Source: Polyangiales bacterium
GTDB lineage: Bacteria > Myxococcota_A > Polyangia > Polyangiales > Ga0077539
Length of the DNA: 64,000 nucleotides
Reading direction: 5' to 3'
NCBI GenBank assembly: GCA_044229975.1
Contig: JBGARZ010000001.1
Coordinates: 160,001 to 224,000, forward strand
Shown: piece by piece, positions 48,725 through 57,489 of the stretch
How the letters are laid out: every line of letters starts with the position of its first letter
Numbering within the stretch: the stretch's first letter is position 1
Notes under the pieces: model-generated
The model's database searches: none
Told to the model about the DNA's origin: nothing
What the model saw: only the letters and a program-made list of their open reading frames with translations
Made by a program: the position numbers and the translations under genes

Positions 48725-49933
48725 TCAAGCCGATCGGAGCACGAGGAGCGCGATCTCGGGTGCCATGCCGACGCGGGTCGGGACGCCGGTGGTGCCGACC
48801 CCCCGGCTCACGAAGAGGGCCGAGCCACGCGCGCGGAAGAGCCCGGCGGAGAAGCGCGACGCGAGGCGCCCGAGGTTGAGCTTCGGCCCTCCCCCCGGCA
48901 GTCCAAACTGTCCGCCGTGGGTGTGCCCGCTGAGGGTGAGCGCCACGCCGCGCGCCGCGATGTCGGGCCAGCTCGCCGGATCATGCGCGAGCATCACCAC
49001 CGTCGCGTCGGCCGGAACCCGGTCGAGCGCGAGCGCGACGTCGTCCTTGTGGGTCCAGCGATCGTCGATGCCCGCGAGGTGGATCACACCGTCGCCGTGG
49101 CGCAGCGGTGTCGAGCGGTTGCGCAGCAGCGTGGCGCCCCCCGCGTCGAGCGCGCGGATGACCCCATCCTCGGTCTGGAAGTAGTCGTGGTTGCCCATGC
49201 ACGCGAAGACCCCGTCGGGCGCTTCGAGGCCGCGCACGAAGGCCGTCACGTCATCGAGGTACCCTTCGCCCGTGGTGATGAGGTCGCCCGTGAGCGCGAT
49301 GAGGTCGGGCCGCAACGAGCGGGCGCGCCGGGCCCACCCCAGAAACATCCACGCCGGAACGTGCGGCCCGCAGTGCACGTCGCTGAGCTGCACGATGCGG
49401 TAGCCGTCGAAGTCCCTGGGCAGATCGCGGATCTTCACCTCGACCTCGGTGACGCGCGCCCAGGCGCGGCCGAGGGTGCTGCCCCAGAGCGTGAGCAGCC
49501 CCGCCACGGCGTAGAGCGGCCCGAGCCACGGCACCACCGCCGGAACGGGCGCCCCCCCCAACGACAGCGCCGCGCGAGCGATGAGGAAGAGCCACGCCAG
49601 CGGCGCCGCTAGGAAGCACGCGCTCGCGTACACCGCGTACGGAACCTCCAGCAGCCAGGCCCGCCACCACGGCATGCGGACGTCGTCGATCCACCAGGAG
49701 AGGCGATGCAGGAGGATGGTGACCGCCGCGACGTGGAGGCCCAGCGACGCGAGGGCGCAGACCATCCACGACCAGCCAGTGGTGTCGTGGAGCGCGGCCG
49801 CGAGCAGCACGGCCGCCGGGAGTTGCATCGAGCCCACCGCCCCGAGCGATCGGGCGAGAAACCTCCGCCTCCAGGCGTTGAGGGGCGGGCGACGTCGCGC
49901 GGTGCTGGGGGCGGTCACGGCGCCCTCTGGCAT
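48725..49933 (-). CDS. Membrane-anchored metallophosphoesterase (calcineurin-like, YkuE-type)
   Basis: N-terminal TMs; SDVH, TGD, GNHD, AHDP, SGHTHGGQ, VSRGVG; start uncertain. Confidence 0.88.
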   Translation of the reverse strand: MPEGAVTAPSTARRRPPLNAWRRRFLARSLGAVGSMQLPAAVLLAAALHDTTGWSWMVCALASLGLHVAAVTILLHRLSWWIDDVRMPWWRAWLLEVPYAVYASACFLAAPLAWLFLIARAALSLGGAPVPAVVPWLGPLYAVAGLLTLWGSTLGRAWARVTEVEVKIRDLPRDFDGYRIVQLSDVHCGPHVPAWMFLGWARRARSLRPDLIALTGDLITTGEGYLDDVTAFVRGLEAPDGVFACMGNHDYFQTEDGVIRALDAGGATLLRNRSTPLRHGDGVIHLAGIDDRWTHKDDVALALDRVPADATVVMLAHDPASWPDIAARGVALTLSGHTHGGQFGLPGGGPKLNLGRLASRFSAGLFRARGSALFVSRGVGTTGVPTRVGMAPEIALLVLRSA

Positions 49934-50014
49934 CGCACGCAGAGCGGCGGCCGGGCAACCCGCGGCTTGCGCGGCGACGGCTGCATCGCGTAGAGCCGCG
50001 CGGGAGGTCACCCG

Positions 50015-51217
50015 ATGGTCGCGATCGTTCATCTTCGCCCTGGGCACGTGCAGCCGGTCTGGCTCGGTCACCCTTGGGTGTACGCGCAGGCCATCGGTAC
50101 GGTGGAGGGAGAGCCCGCCCCCGGCGACGACGTGGTGGTGCGCGACCCGCGGGGCAACGCGCTGGGGCGCGGCTACTGGTCGCCGTCGAGCGCCATCCCG
50201 GTGCGCGTTCTCACGCGTGATGTGTCGGCCGAGCTCGACGCCCGCTGGCTGCACAAGCGCATCGCCGAAGCAGCCGCGTGGAGGCGCTCGCTGCTGGGTC
50301 TGCCGAGCGCGGACACCACGGGGTACCGCCTCATCAACGCCGAGGGCGACGGGCTCGCGGGGCTCATCGCGGATGTCTTCGGCGACAGCGTGGTGGTGCA
50401 GCTGCTCACCGTGGGGATGAAGCGCCGCGAGGCGGCCATCGCCGCGGCGCTGCGCGAGGTGACGGGAGCGAAGCGTGTCTTCGAGGTGGCGTCGCCCAAG
50501 CACCAGGCGCTGGAGGGCATCGAGGCCCGCGAGGGACTGCTGGCGGGAGACGACGCGGAGACGCTCGACTTTACCGAGGGCGGTATTGCGTGGAGCCTGC
50601 CCGCGCCGGGTCGCGCGGGCGCCGGGCAGAAGACCGGGTACTTCTTCGACCAGCGGGAGAACCGCGCGCGCGTCGGGGCGATGGCGGCGGGGCGGCGGGT
50701 GCTCGACCTGTACTGCTACCTGGGCGGGTTCTCGCTCGCGGCGGCGCGGGGCGGCGCGACGGCGGTGGTTGGCGTGGACAGCGCGGCGGCGGCCAACGCC
50801 GCGGCGACGGCGGCGGCGACGGCCAACGGGCTCGACGGCGTGGTGCGCTTCGAGCGCGGCGACGCCCTGAAGGTCGCGGTGGCCTTCGACCAGAAGAACG
50901 AGCGCTTCGACCTGGTGATCTGCGACCCGCCGAAGCTGGCGGGGAGCGCGCGTGAGGTGGAGGGCGCCCTGCGGCACTACCGCAAGGTCAACGCCGAGGC
51001 CGCGCGGCGGGTGACCACCGGGGGGTTGCTGGTGACGTGTTCGTGCTCGGGGCACGTGACGCCGGAGGAGTTCACCCGCGCCGTGCTCGCGGGCGTGCGC
51101 GACGCCGGGCGCGACGCGACGCTGCTGCGGCTGGACGGCGCGGCGAGCGACCACCCGACGCCGCTGGCCTTCGTCGAGGGGCGCTACTTGAAGTGCGCCA
51201 CGCTGCGCATCGTCTGA
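50015..51217 (+). CDS. rlmI: RlmI-like 23S rRNA m5C methyltransferase (PUA + class I SAM MTase)
   Basis: GHPWVY, EGDGLAGL, GQKTGYFFDQRENR, LDLYCYLGGF, DPPK, TCSCS, YLK. Confidence 0.85.
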   Translation: MVAIVHLRPGHVQPVWLGHPWVYAQAIGTVEGEPAPGDDVVVRDPRGNALGRGYWSPSSAIPVRVLTRDVSAELDARWLHKRIAEAAAWRRSLLGLPSADTTGYRLINAEGDGLAGLIADVFGDSVVVQLLTVGMKRREAAIAAALREVTGAKRVFEVASPKHQALEGIEAREGLLAGDDAETLDFTEGGIAWSLPAPGRAGAGQKTGYFFDQRENRARVGAMAAGRRVLDLYCYLGGFSLAAARGGATAVVGVDSAAAANAAATAAATANGLDGVVRFERGDALKVAVAFDQKNERFDLVICDPPKLAGSAREVEGALRHYRKVNAEAARRVTTGGLLVTCSCSGHVTPEEFTRAVLAGVRDAGRDATLLRLDGAASDHPTPLAFVEGRYLKCATLRIV

Positions 51218-51221
51218 CGGC

Positions 51222-52613
51222 CTACTCGCAGCGCAGCGGGACGCCCACGATGCGCATGGAGGGGGCCGACGGGTTCTGGATGGTCGCGAGCACCAGCGCG
51301 CCGACGGCGGTGGGTACAACGAGCATGGGCCCGTAGGACGCGATGTCCGGGGGAATGGGCAGCGCGACCGCGTCGCCCGCGGGGTGGCCGTCACCGCCGA
51401 TGGCCTGCGCGACGAAGTGCTCGACGACCCACTCGCGACTTCCGGTGCTCCGCGCGATCGGGACCACCGCCAGCGGACCGAAGCGGGTGTTGGTGGCCGC
51501 CGTCTGCACCCCCCCGAAGTCCGGCACGGGCCATGTGACCGCAGCGGTCGTGGGCCTCCCCGTGAGGTCGACGGGCTGCACGACGAAGGCGCCGCCGGCG
51601 GTGCCCACCCGATCGATGACGAAGGTGCGCGCGTAGGCGAGCAGGGCGCCCGTCGCGTGGGGAAGGATGGCGACTCCGCGGCGGACATCGCGCTCCTCGA
51701 AGGCCGTGGGGACGCCCGGCATCGACGCGCCCGGCGGGGTGATGGCCGAGGTGATTCGCACGTAGATGCCGTGGTCGGCGGTGGGCCCGGCCTCCTCGAC
51801 GGTGAGGTTGACCTCGCCACCGTCGACCGTTGTCGCGCGCTCGATCGCGAGCAGGGAGTCGTGCACGACGAGGCCAAGCCCGCGGGAGCGACCGCCCGCG
51901 GGGAGTCGGACCACGGTGTTGGTGAGCAGCGCGCCCGTCGGGTCGACGCCAATGCGATGCAGCCGAGGGGCCTCGTCGAGGACGCGGAGGAAGGAGAACC
52001 CCGAGGGCTCGGCTCGGAGGTCGATGCCGCCGACGAGGTCACCGGTGAGATCGACCCGACGCAGCCCGCCCGCCGCCGAGACGAACTGGAGGGCTGTTCC
52101 CACGAGCCCGCTCGTGAGCAGCGCGAGGCCGCCGTCGGGACGCAACGCGAGGCTCGCGCTCTCCGGGGCGATGTCGGCACCGAAGGCGACGGGGGCTCGC
52201 GTCGGGAGCCCGTCGGCGCCGAGGGAGAGGAGCTCGGCGTGCGCGGCAGACGCGGGCGCGTCGTAGCGGCTCACCACGACGGCGACCCCGCCATCGACCA
52301 TGAGCGCGCTGCGGAGGTACACCGAGGTCGACGGGGCGACGATCGGATCGACGAGCGCCCCCGCCGTCCAACGACAGGTGGCGACCGGCGGCACGTCGAC
52401 GACCGGTGGCGCGTCGATGACCGGTGGCACGTCGATGACCGGTGGCACGTCGATGACCGGCGGCACGTCGGGCGATCCCGCGTCGGGCGCCGCCTGAACG
52501 TCCTTCACGAGCGGGACATCGACGCCATCCGCGTGGGTGTTGGTGTTGGTGTTCGCGCAGGCCACCGCGCACGACAGCCACGCCGTCCCCCACCGCCGCG
52601 CCGCCATCTTCAT
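51222..52613 (-). CDS. Hypothetical lipoprotein with repeat linker and beta-rich domain
   Basis: Lipobox AVAC; VIDVPP repeats; long ORF with plausible codon usage. Confidence 0.65.
   Translation of the reverse strand: MKMAARRWGTAWLSCAVACANTNTNTHADGVDVPLVKDVQAAPDAGSPDVPPVIDVPPVIDVPPVIDAPPVVDVPPVATCRWTAGALVDPIVAPSTSVYLRSALMVDGGVAVVVSRYDAPASAAHAELLSLGADGLPTRAPVAFGADIAPESASLALRPDGGLALLTSGLVGTALQFVSAAGGLRRVDLTGDLVGGIDLRAEPSGFSFLRVLDEAPRLHRIGVDPTGALLTNTVVRLPAGGRSRGLGLVVHDSLLAIERATTVDGGEVNLTVEEAGPTADHGIYVRITSAITPPGASMPGVPTAFEERDVRRGVAILPHATGALLAYARTFVIDRVGTAGGAFVVQPVDLTGRPTTAAVTWPVPDFGGVQTAATNTRFGPLAVVPIARSTGSREWVVEHFVAQAIGGDGHPAGDAVALPIPPDIASYGPMLVVPTAVGALVLATIQNPSAPSMRIVGVPLRCE
52383..52472 (-). 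repeat. 18-bp coding tandem repeat x5 (VIDVPP)
   Basis: gaccggtggcacgtcgat and variants. Confidence 0.85.
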
Positions 52614-52707
52614 GGGCTCGACGCTACATCCCCGATGGTCGGACCGCGAAGTCGACGTGGTGGCGTGCTGACGCCCGGTCGCAGTAGGTTCCGCGCAGCG
52701 ACGCCCG

Positions 52708-53547
52708 ATGCTCTCCCACGACGCTCCCAGACCTCCCTCCGACGCGGCTCACGGGCGCTGTCGACCGCTCGACTCGATCACCGCCGCGCAGTGGCGCTCC
52801 GCGCTCGGTCTCGCCACCGACCTCGACGACACGCTCACGAGACACGGTGAGATCCCCTCGAAGGTGATCGCCGCGCTAGAGGGTCTCCGCGCGATGGGCC
52901 TGCCGTGCGTCGTCGCGACGGGTCGCTCGCTGGGCTGGGGCGCGGTGCTCGCGCGGGTGCTCCCGGTGCGCGCGGTGGTGACCGAAAACGGCGGGGTGGC
53001 GGTGCTGCGGGAAGGCGACGGGGTGCGCGTGGCGTTCATCGACGAGGACGACGTGCGACGCGAGGGGATGGCCAGGGTTCAGGCGTGCGTCGAGGCGATC
53101 ACCGGGCGCTTCGCCGCGCTGCGGGTGGTCGAAGACGCGGCCGTGCGGGTGACCGACGTCGCGCTCGACGTCGCCGAGCGCACCACCGTCGACCCGGCCG
53201 TGGTGCGTGACGCCGTGTCCATGGCGCGCGACGCGGGCCTCTTCGCCGTGGTGAGCAGCATCCATCTGCACGTGAGCTACCGCGCGCCCGACAAGGTCGC
53301 CGGGATGCGCGACGCCCTCGCCCGCCTCGGGCTCGACGCCGACGCGCTCGCCGAGCGGTGGGTGTACGTCGGCGACAGCCCCAACGACGCTGGTCCCTTT
53401 GGCGCGATGGCGCTCTCCATCGGGGTCGCGGGTGTCCATCGCTTCGGCGATCGCATGCCCTCGTGGCCTGCCTACGTGACCCACGAGGACGGTCCCGACG
53501 GGTTCGTGTCGGTGGTCGACGCGCTGCGCGCGGGGCGCTCGGCGTGA
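52708..53547 (+). CDS. HAD-superfamily hydrolase subfamily IIB
   Basis: TDLDDTL, ATGR, ENGG, DK, VGDSPND. Confidence 0.87.
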   Translation: MLSHDAPRPPSDAAHGRCRPLDSITAAQWRSALGLATDLDDTLTRHGEIPSKVIAALEGLRAMGLPCVVATGRSLGWGAVLARVLPVRAVVTENGGVAVLREGDGVRVAFIDEDDVRREGMARVQACVEAITGRFAALRVVEDAAVRVTDVALDVAERTTVDPAVVRDAVSMARDAGLFAVVSSIHLHVSYRAPDKVAGMRDALARLGLDADALAERWVYVGDSPNDAGPFGAMALSIGVAGVHRFGDRMPSWPAYVTHEDGPDGFVSVVDALRAGRSA

Positions 53548-54158
53548 GTCCCAGGCGCGCCCGGGTCATCATCGTGGCGGTCGCCTCGATCGCGCTCGCG
53601 AGTGGCGCTGTGCTGCTGCTCACGCGCCCTGCGCCGACGCCCGTCGTGACCGACGGCGCTCACGACGAAGCGCCCGCGCCCCGGCAGCCCGGCGAGCCGC
53701 CGCCCGCCGTCGACGACGACCACGCCTTCGCGCCGGGATCACCGGGCGCGGTGGCGGAGCGCTTTCTGCGGTCGTTCTGGCGGCAGCACTACACCGACGC
53801 CGCGGCGCTCTCGACGGGCGAGATGCTCACCCGCTGCCAGCGTGACCAGCGCTCGGCGGCCGAGCTCGCGCCCGAGCACGCCGAGCTCTACCGCCGCATC
53901 AGGGTGTTTCGCGAGGCGTCGCGCTACCGGCTGGAGCGCGTGACGGTGACGGAGCTCCCTGCCCTCTCGGACGGCGTGGCGCGGCGGCTGGTGCAGGGCG
54001 AGGCGCACGCGTCGGGCCCGTCACCCGACGACGCCCGCATGATCGAGAGTCGACGCGGGCAGCGCGTGGTGCTGGTGCTGCGCGACGGCGCCTGGAAGGT
54101 GAGCGAGTGGACCGCGACGGCCACCGCGCCGGTCGCCGATGCTGGAGCGGCGCGATGA
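53544..54158 (+). CDS. Hypothetical membrane-anchored protein (possibly NTF2-like)
   Basis: GTGA and ATGA overlaps with both neighbours; N-terminal TM; GAWKVSEW end. Confidence 0.6.
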   Translation: MSPRRARVIIVAVASIALASGAVLLLTRPAPTPVVTDGAHDEAPAPRQPGEPPPAVDDDHAFAPGSPGAVAERFLRSFWRQHYTDAAALSTGEMLTRCQRDQRSAAELAPEHAELYRRIRVFREASRYRLERVTVTELPALSDGVARRLVQGEAHASGPSPDDARMIESRRGQRVVLVLRDGAWKVSEWTATATAPVADAGAAR

Positions 54159-54946
54159 CACGACGCGAGCCGGGCGACCCGCTGGAGCGAGGCAGCCGCG
54201 AGCACTACGACGACGCCTCGTATTACGACCACACGTATGCACGGCGCGGGGAGGACATCGCGTTCTACCGCGAGGCGGCGCGGCGCTACGGCTCGCCGGT
54301 GCTGGAGCTCGGCGTCGGCAGCGGGCGCGTGGCGATTCCGACGGCGCTCGACGGGCACGAGGTGCTGGGGCTCGACCTCAACACCGCCATGCTCGCCCGC
54401 GGACGCGAGACAGCCCGCGCGAAGGGAGTGCCCCGCGGTCGGCTCTCACTGCGCCGCGGCGACATGCAGCGCTTCAAGCTCGGGCGCACGTTTCCGCTCA
54501 TCACGGCGCCCTTCAACGCCCTCCTCCACCTCTACGAACCCGACGAGCTCGCGGCCTGCTTCCGCTGCGTGCGCGACCACCTCGCGCCCGGCGGCCGCTT
54601 CGTCTTCGACGTGCACGTCCCCTCGCCCTCCGAGCTCGCGCGCGACCCCGAGCGCGCCTACGTCGGCCGTCCCATGAAGCACCCGACGCTCGGGCGCTGC
54701 CGCTACACCGAGCGCTTCCGCTACGACCCCATCAAGCAGGTGCAGCACGTCACCATCCGCTTCGAGCCGCTCGACGGCTCGGAGCCCCTGGAGACGCTGC
54801 TCACGCAACGACAGATCTTCCCGGGCGAGCTGCGCGCCCTGCTCACGCTCGGCGGGCTGCGCCTCGCGCGCCGCCTCGGCACCTTCGCCGGACAGCCCCT
54901 CGGCCCCGACGACGCGGTGCAGATCATCGAGGCCGTGGCGCTATAG
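54155..54946 (+). CDS. Class I SAM-dependent methyltransferase
   Basis: VLELGVGSGR, GLDLN, GDM, HLAPGGRFVFD. Confidence 0.88.
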   Translation: MTRREPGDPLERGSREHYDDASYYDHTYARRGEDIAFYREAARRYGSPVLELGVGSGRVAIPTALDGHEVLGLDLNTAMLARGRETARAKGVPRGRLSLRRGDMQRFKLGRTFPLITAPFNALLHLYEPDELAACFRCVRDHLAPGGRFVFDVHVPSPSELARDPERAYVGRPMKHPTLGRCRYTERFRYDPIKQVQHVTIRFEPLDGSEPLETLLTQRQIFPGELRALLTLGGLRLARRLGTFAGQPLGPDDAVQIIEAVAL

Positions 54947-54976
54947 GTGGTGCGCGCTGCGGAGTGCGCGCGGCCG

Positions 54977-55231
54977 TCAGTGCTTGAAGAACGATCGGAT
55001 GCCGCCCGCGACGCCCTGGCAGAACAGGATCGCGCAGTTACGGTGGTCCGCCTGCTTCATGCGGTTGCACAGCGCACCGAGGTCGTCATCGGCGTCGATG
55101 ACGGTGCCCTCGGCGGGCTGGCTGGAGCGCTCGTCGTAGCGGCAGTCATCGAGGGCGACCCAGCGCCCGCGGAAGCTGCGGTTCGAGCAGATTTCTGACC
55201 AAGACAACCGAGCCGTCTGACTGGTGCCCAT
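54977..55231 (-). CDS. Small hypothetical protein (DUF5678-like)
   Basis: 84 aa; FRGRWVAL...VIDADDDL; gagg SD-like sequence upstream. Confidence 0.6.
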   Translation of the reverse strand: MGTSQTARLSWSEICSNRSFRGRWVALDDCRYDERSSQPAEGTVIDADDDLGALCNRMKQADHRNCAILFCQGVAGGIRSFFKH

Positions 55232-55545
55232 CGCGGGTGACTACGCCCTCACGTCCCCAACCGCTGCTTCGCGGAAGGGGTGCCTCGACGCAACGCGCAC
55301 CGTGCGCGAAGGAGGCTCCGGGTCTGCCAGGAGAGAGACGGCGGTGTCGACCGGCAATGCGCATCGATGGGCGCAGGGAGGTGGATGAACCGTCATTCGT
55401 CTCGGTGCCTCGGTTGGCGAAACCCGGTGTCGCAACTCTCAGGTTCTGGCGAACCCTGTGAGCGACGAACCGGGGCCGAAGATGATCCTGTTCGGGGTGG
55501 GAAGCAAGAGGTTGGGAGGGAGAGGGAGAGGGAGAGGAGCGAGGA

Positions 55546-57318
55546 CTACGGTGCCGAGCAGGCGGTGCCGAAGTGGTCGGACGCGCTCACGCGGCAGCCC
55601 GCCGAGCGGAGCTGACGGAAGAGCGACTGCGCCGCGGGGCAACGACCGTTGAGGATGAGGTCGTCGATGCGCGACTCGCCACCACAGGGGTTGGACGGAC
55701 GGCGAACGACCTGCGGCGGCGGCACCGGGGTGATGGTGTTGGTGTTGTCCGACGGCGGCGGGGTCGGAATCGGCTGGATGTCGTTGCCGTTGTTGGGCGC
55801 CGGAATGGGCTGCATCGTGTTGGCCGGCACGGTCGGCGTCGGCGGCTGCACCGGGTTGATGGCCGGAACAGTCGGCGTCGGGGGGGTCGGCACGACCGGC
55901 ACGGTCGGCGTCGCGACGGGCGCGGTGGGCGTCGGCGCCGGGTTGTTGTTGTTGTTGTTGTTGTTGTTGCTGTTGCCCGACAGCGCGAAGGCCGCGACGC
56001 CGCCGACGATGACCACGAGCGCGACGACGCCCGCGATGATCTTCCCGCTGCCGCCGCTGGGGCGCGGCGCGGTCGGAGCGCCGTAGGGGTTGGGCTGCGA
56101 GCCGTACCCGCCCTGCTGCGACGCGTAGGGGTTGTATCCCTGGTTGGAGACCGGCGCGAAGCCGGGGTTGGACGGCGGCGGTTGCACGGGGTTGAAGCCT
56201 GCGTTGGACGGCGCCGGGGTGTAGCCCTGGTTGGAGGGCTGCTGCATGAAGTTGGGGTTGGAGCCCGGCGTGAACGGCGTCGGCGTCGGGTAGTTGACCG
56301 CCATCGTCTGCGGAACCATCGGCCCGCCCGAGTTGTGGGCCGGGCCCATCGCGGTGGGCGGCATGCCGTGCGGAGACGAGGGCGAGTGGCCCTGGTTGGT
56401 CGAGACCGCCCAGTCGGCGCCCGCCCCCGTGTCGCCCGTGAACTCCTTCAAGAAGTCGATGACACCCTGCGGGCGCTGCGCGGCCTCCTTGGCGAGCGCG
56501 CGCATCACGGCGGACTTGTGGCGCGGGAGGATGGTCGCCCCGTTGGCGTGCATCTCGAACGGAACGGGCGGCGCGGTGAGGTGCTTGGTGGCCCACTCCC
56601 ACGGGGTGCTGGCCACGAAGGGGAGCTGCCCGGTGAGCATCTCGTACGCGACGATGGCGAGCGAGTAGACGTCGCTGGTCGCGCGCAGCGGCTGCCCCGT
56701 GAACTGCTCGGGGGACATGTACGGCGGCGTGCCGAGCACCATGCCCTGCTTGGTGAGCTTGGCGTCTTGCGCGTCGGACGACTCGTCGCGCTTGGCGATG
56801 CCAAAATCGAGCACCTTCACGAAGTCTCCCTTGGAGCCCTTCTGCGTGAGGATGATGTTTTCGGGCTTCAGGTCGCGGTGCACGATGCCGTGCTCGTGGG
56901 CCTCGGCGAGCGAGCCGCACACCTGCTGGAGGATGTGCTCGATGCGCTGCGGAGCCATCGCGCCGCGCGCGATGCTGTGCGCGAGGCTCTCGCCCTGGAT
57001 GAACTCCATCGCCACGAAGAGCTTGCCGCCCGGGAGCTCCCCCGACTCGTAGAACTTGATGGTGTTGGGGTGGTCGAGCAGCGAGACCGTGCCCGCCTCG
57101 CGGTGGAAGCGCGCGACGATCTGCGGGTCACCCGCGAGGTCGGGCTGGAGCGTCTTGATCGCCACCGGGCGCACGCGATCGCCGAGCTTCTGCTCGCCGA
57201 GGTACACCTTGCCCATGCCGCCCTCGCCGATGATCTTGACGATCTTGTAGCGGTTTTCGGCGATGTTCTGGCCGATGAGCGGGTCGTTGTCGTGTCCCTT
57301 GTCGTCCGTCGTGCTCAC
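55546..57318 (-). CDS. Serine/threonine protein kinase, single TM, Pro/Asn-rich extracytoplasmic region
   Basis: [38 protein letters not shown] start inferred. Confidence 0.93.
   Translation of the reverse strand: MSTTDDKGHDNDPLIGQNIAENRYKIVKIIGEGGMGKVYLGEQKLGDRVRPVAIKTLQPDLAGDPQIVARFHREAGTVSLLDHPNTIKFYESGELPGGKLFVAMEFIQGESLAHSIARGAMAPQRIEHILQQVCGSLAEAHEHGIVHRDLKPENIILTQKGSKGDFVKVLDFGIAKRDESSDAQDAKLTKQGMVLGTPPYMSPEQFTGQPLRATSDVYSLAIVAYEMLTGQLPFVASTPWEWATKHLTAPPVPFEMHANGATILPRHKSAVMRALAKEAAQRPQGVIDFLKEFTGDTGAGADWAVSTNQGHSPSSPHGMPPTAMGPAHNSGGPMVPQTMAVNYPTPTPFTPGSNPNFMQQPSNQGYTPAPSNAGFNPVQPPPSNPGFAPVSNQGYNPYASQQGGYGSQPNPYGAPTAPRPSGGSGKIIAGVVALVVIVGGVAAFALSGNSNNNNNNNNNPAPTPTAPVATPTVPVVPTPPTPTVPAINPVQPPTPTVPANTMQPIPAPNNGNDIQPIPTPPPSDNTNTITPVPPPQVVRRPSNPCGGESRIDDLILNGRCPAAQSLFRQLRSAGCRVSASDHFGTACSAP
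55942..55968 (-). repeat. (AAC)9 microsatellite encoding poly-Asn
   Basis: (gtt)9 on the + strand. Confidence 0.9.
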
Positions 57319-57489
57319 GCGAAATGCTCCGTGCCGTCGCTGTTTCCGCCTTCGGGTCTTCAGGTACGCAGGGACTCCTCGTCCCCTCCACCAAAAACAC
57401 TCTGCGACGACGCCCTTGAGAGCGTTACGGCAGCCGCGCCCTTGGCGCAACCGCCCCCCTCGTCCGCGCGGGACATTTCCCGACGCGGA

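Noticed and set aside
41111..52180. Apparent giant ORFs 41111-44119 and 48725-52180 (likewise 57490-61089, 58903-61101, 60432-62990) as fusion proteins
   Set aside because: Their N-terminal extensions overlap other well-supported genes; true starts lie downstream.
55514..55545. (GGGAGA)3 purine tract after the kinase stop
   Set aside because: Short low-complexity run with no hairpin or other support for a function.
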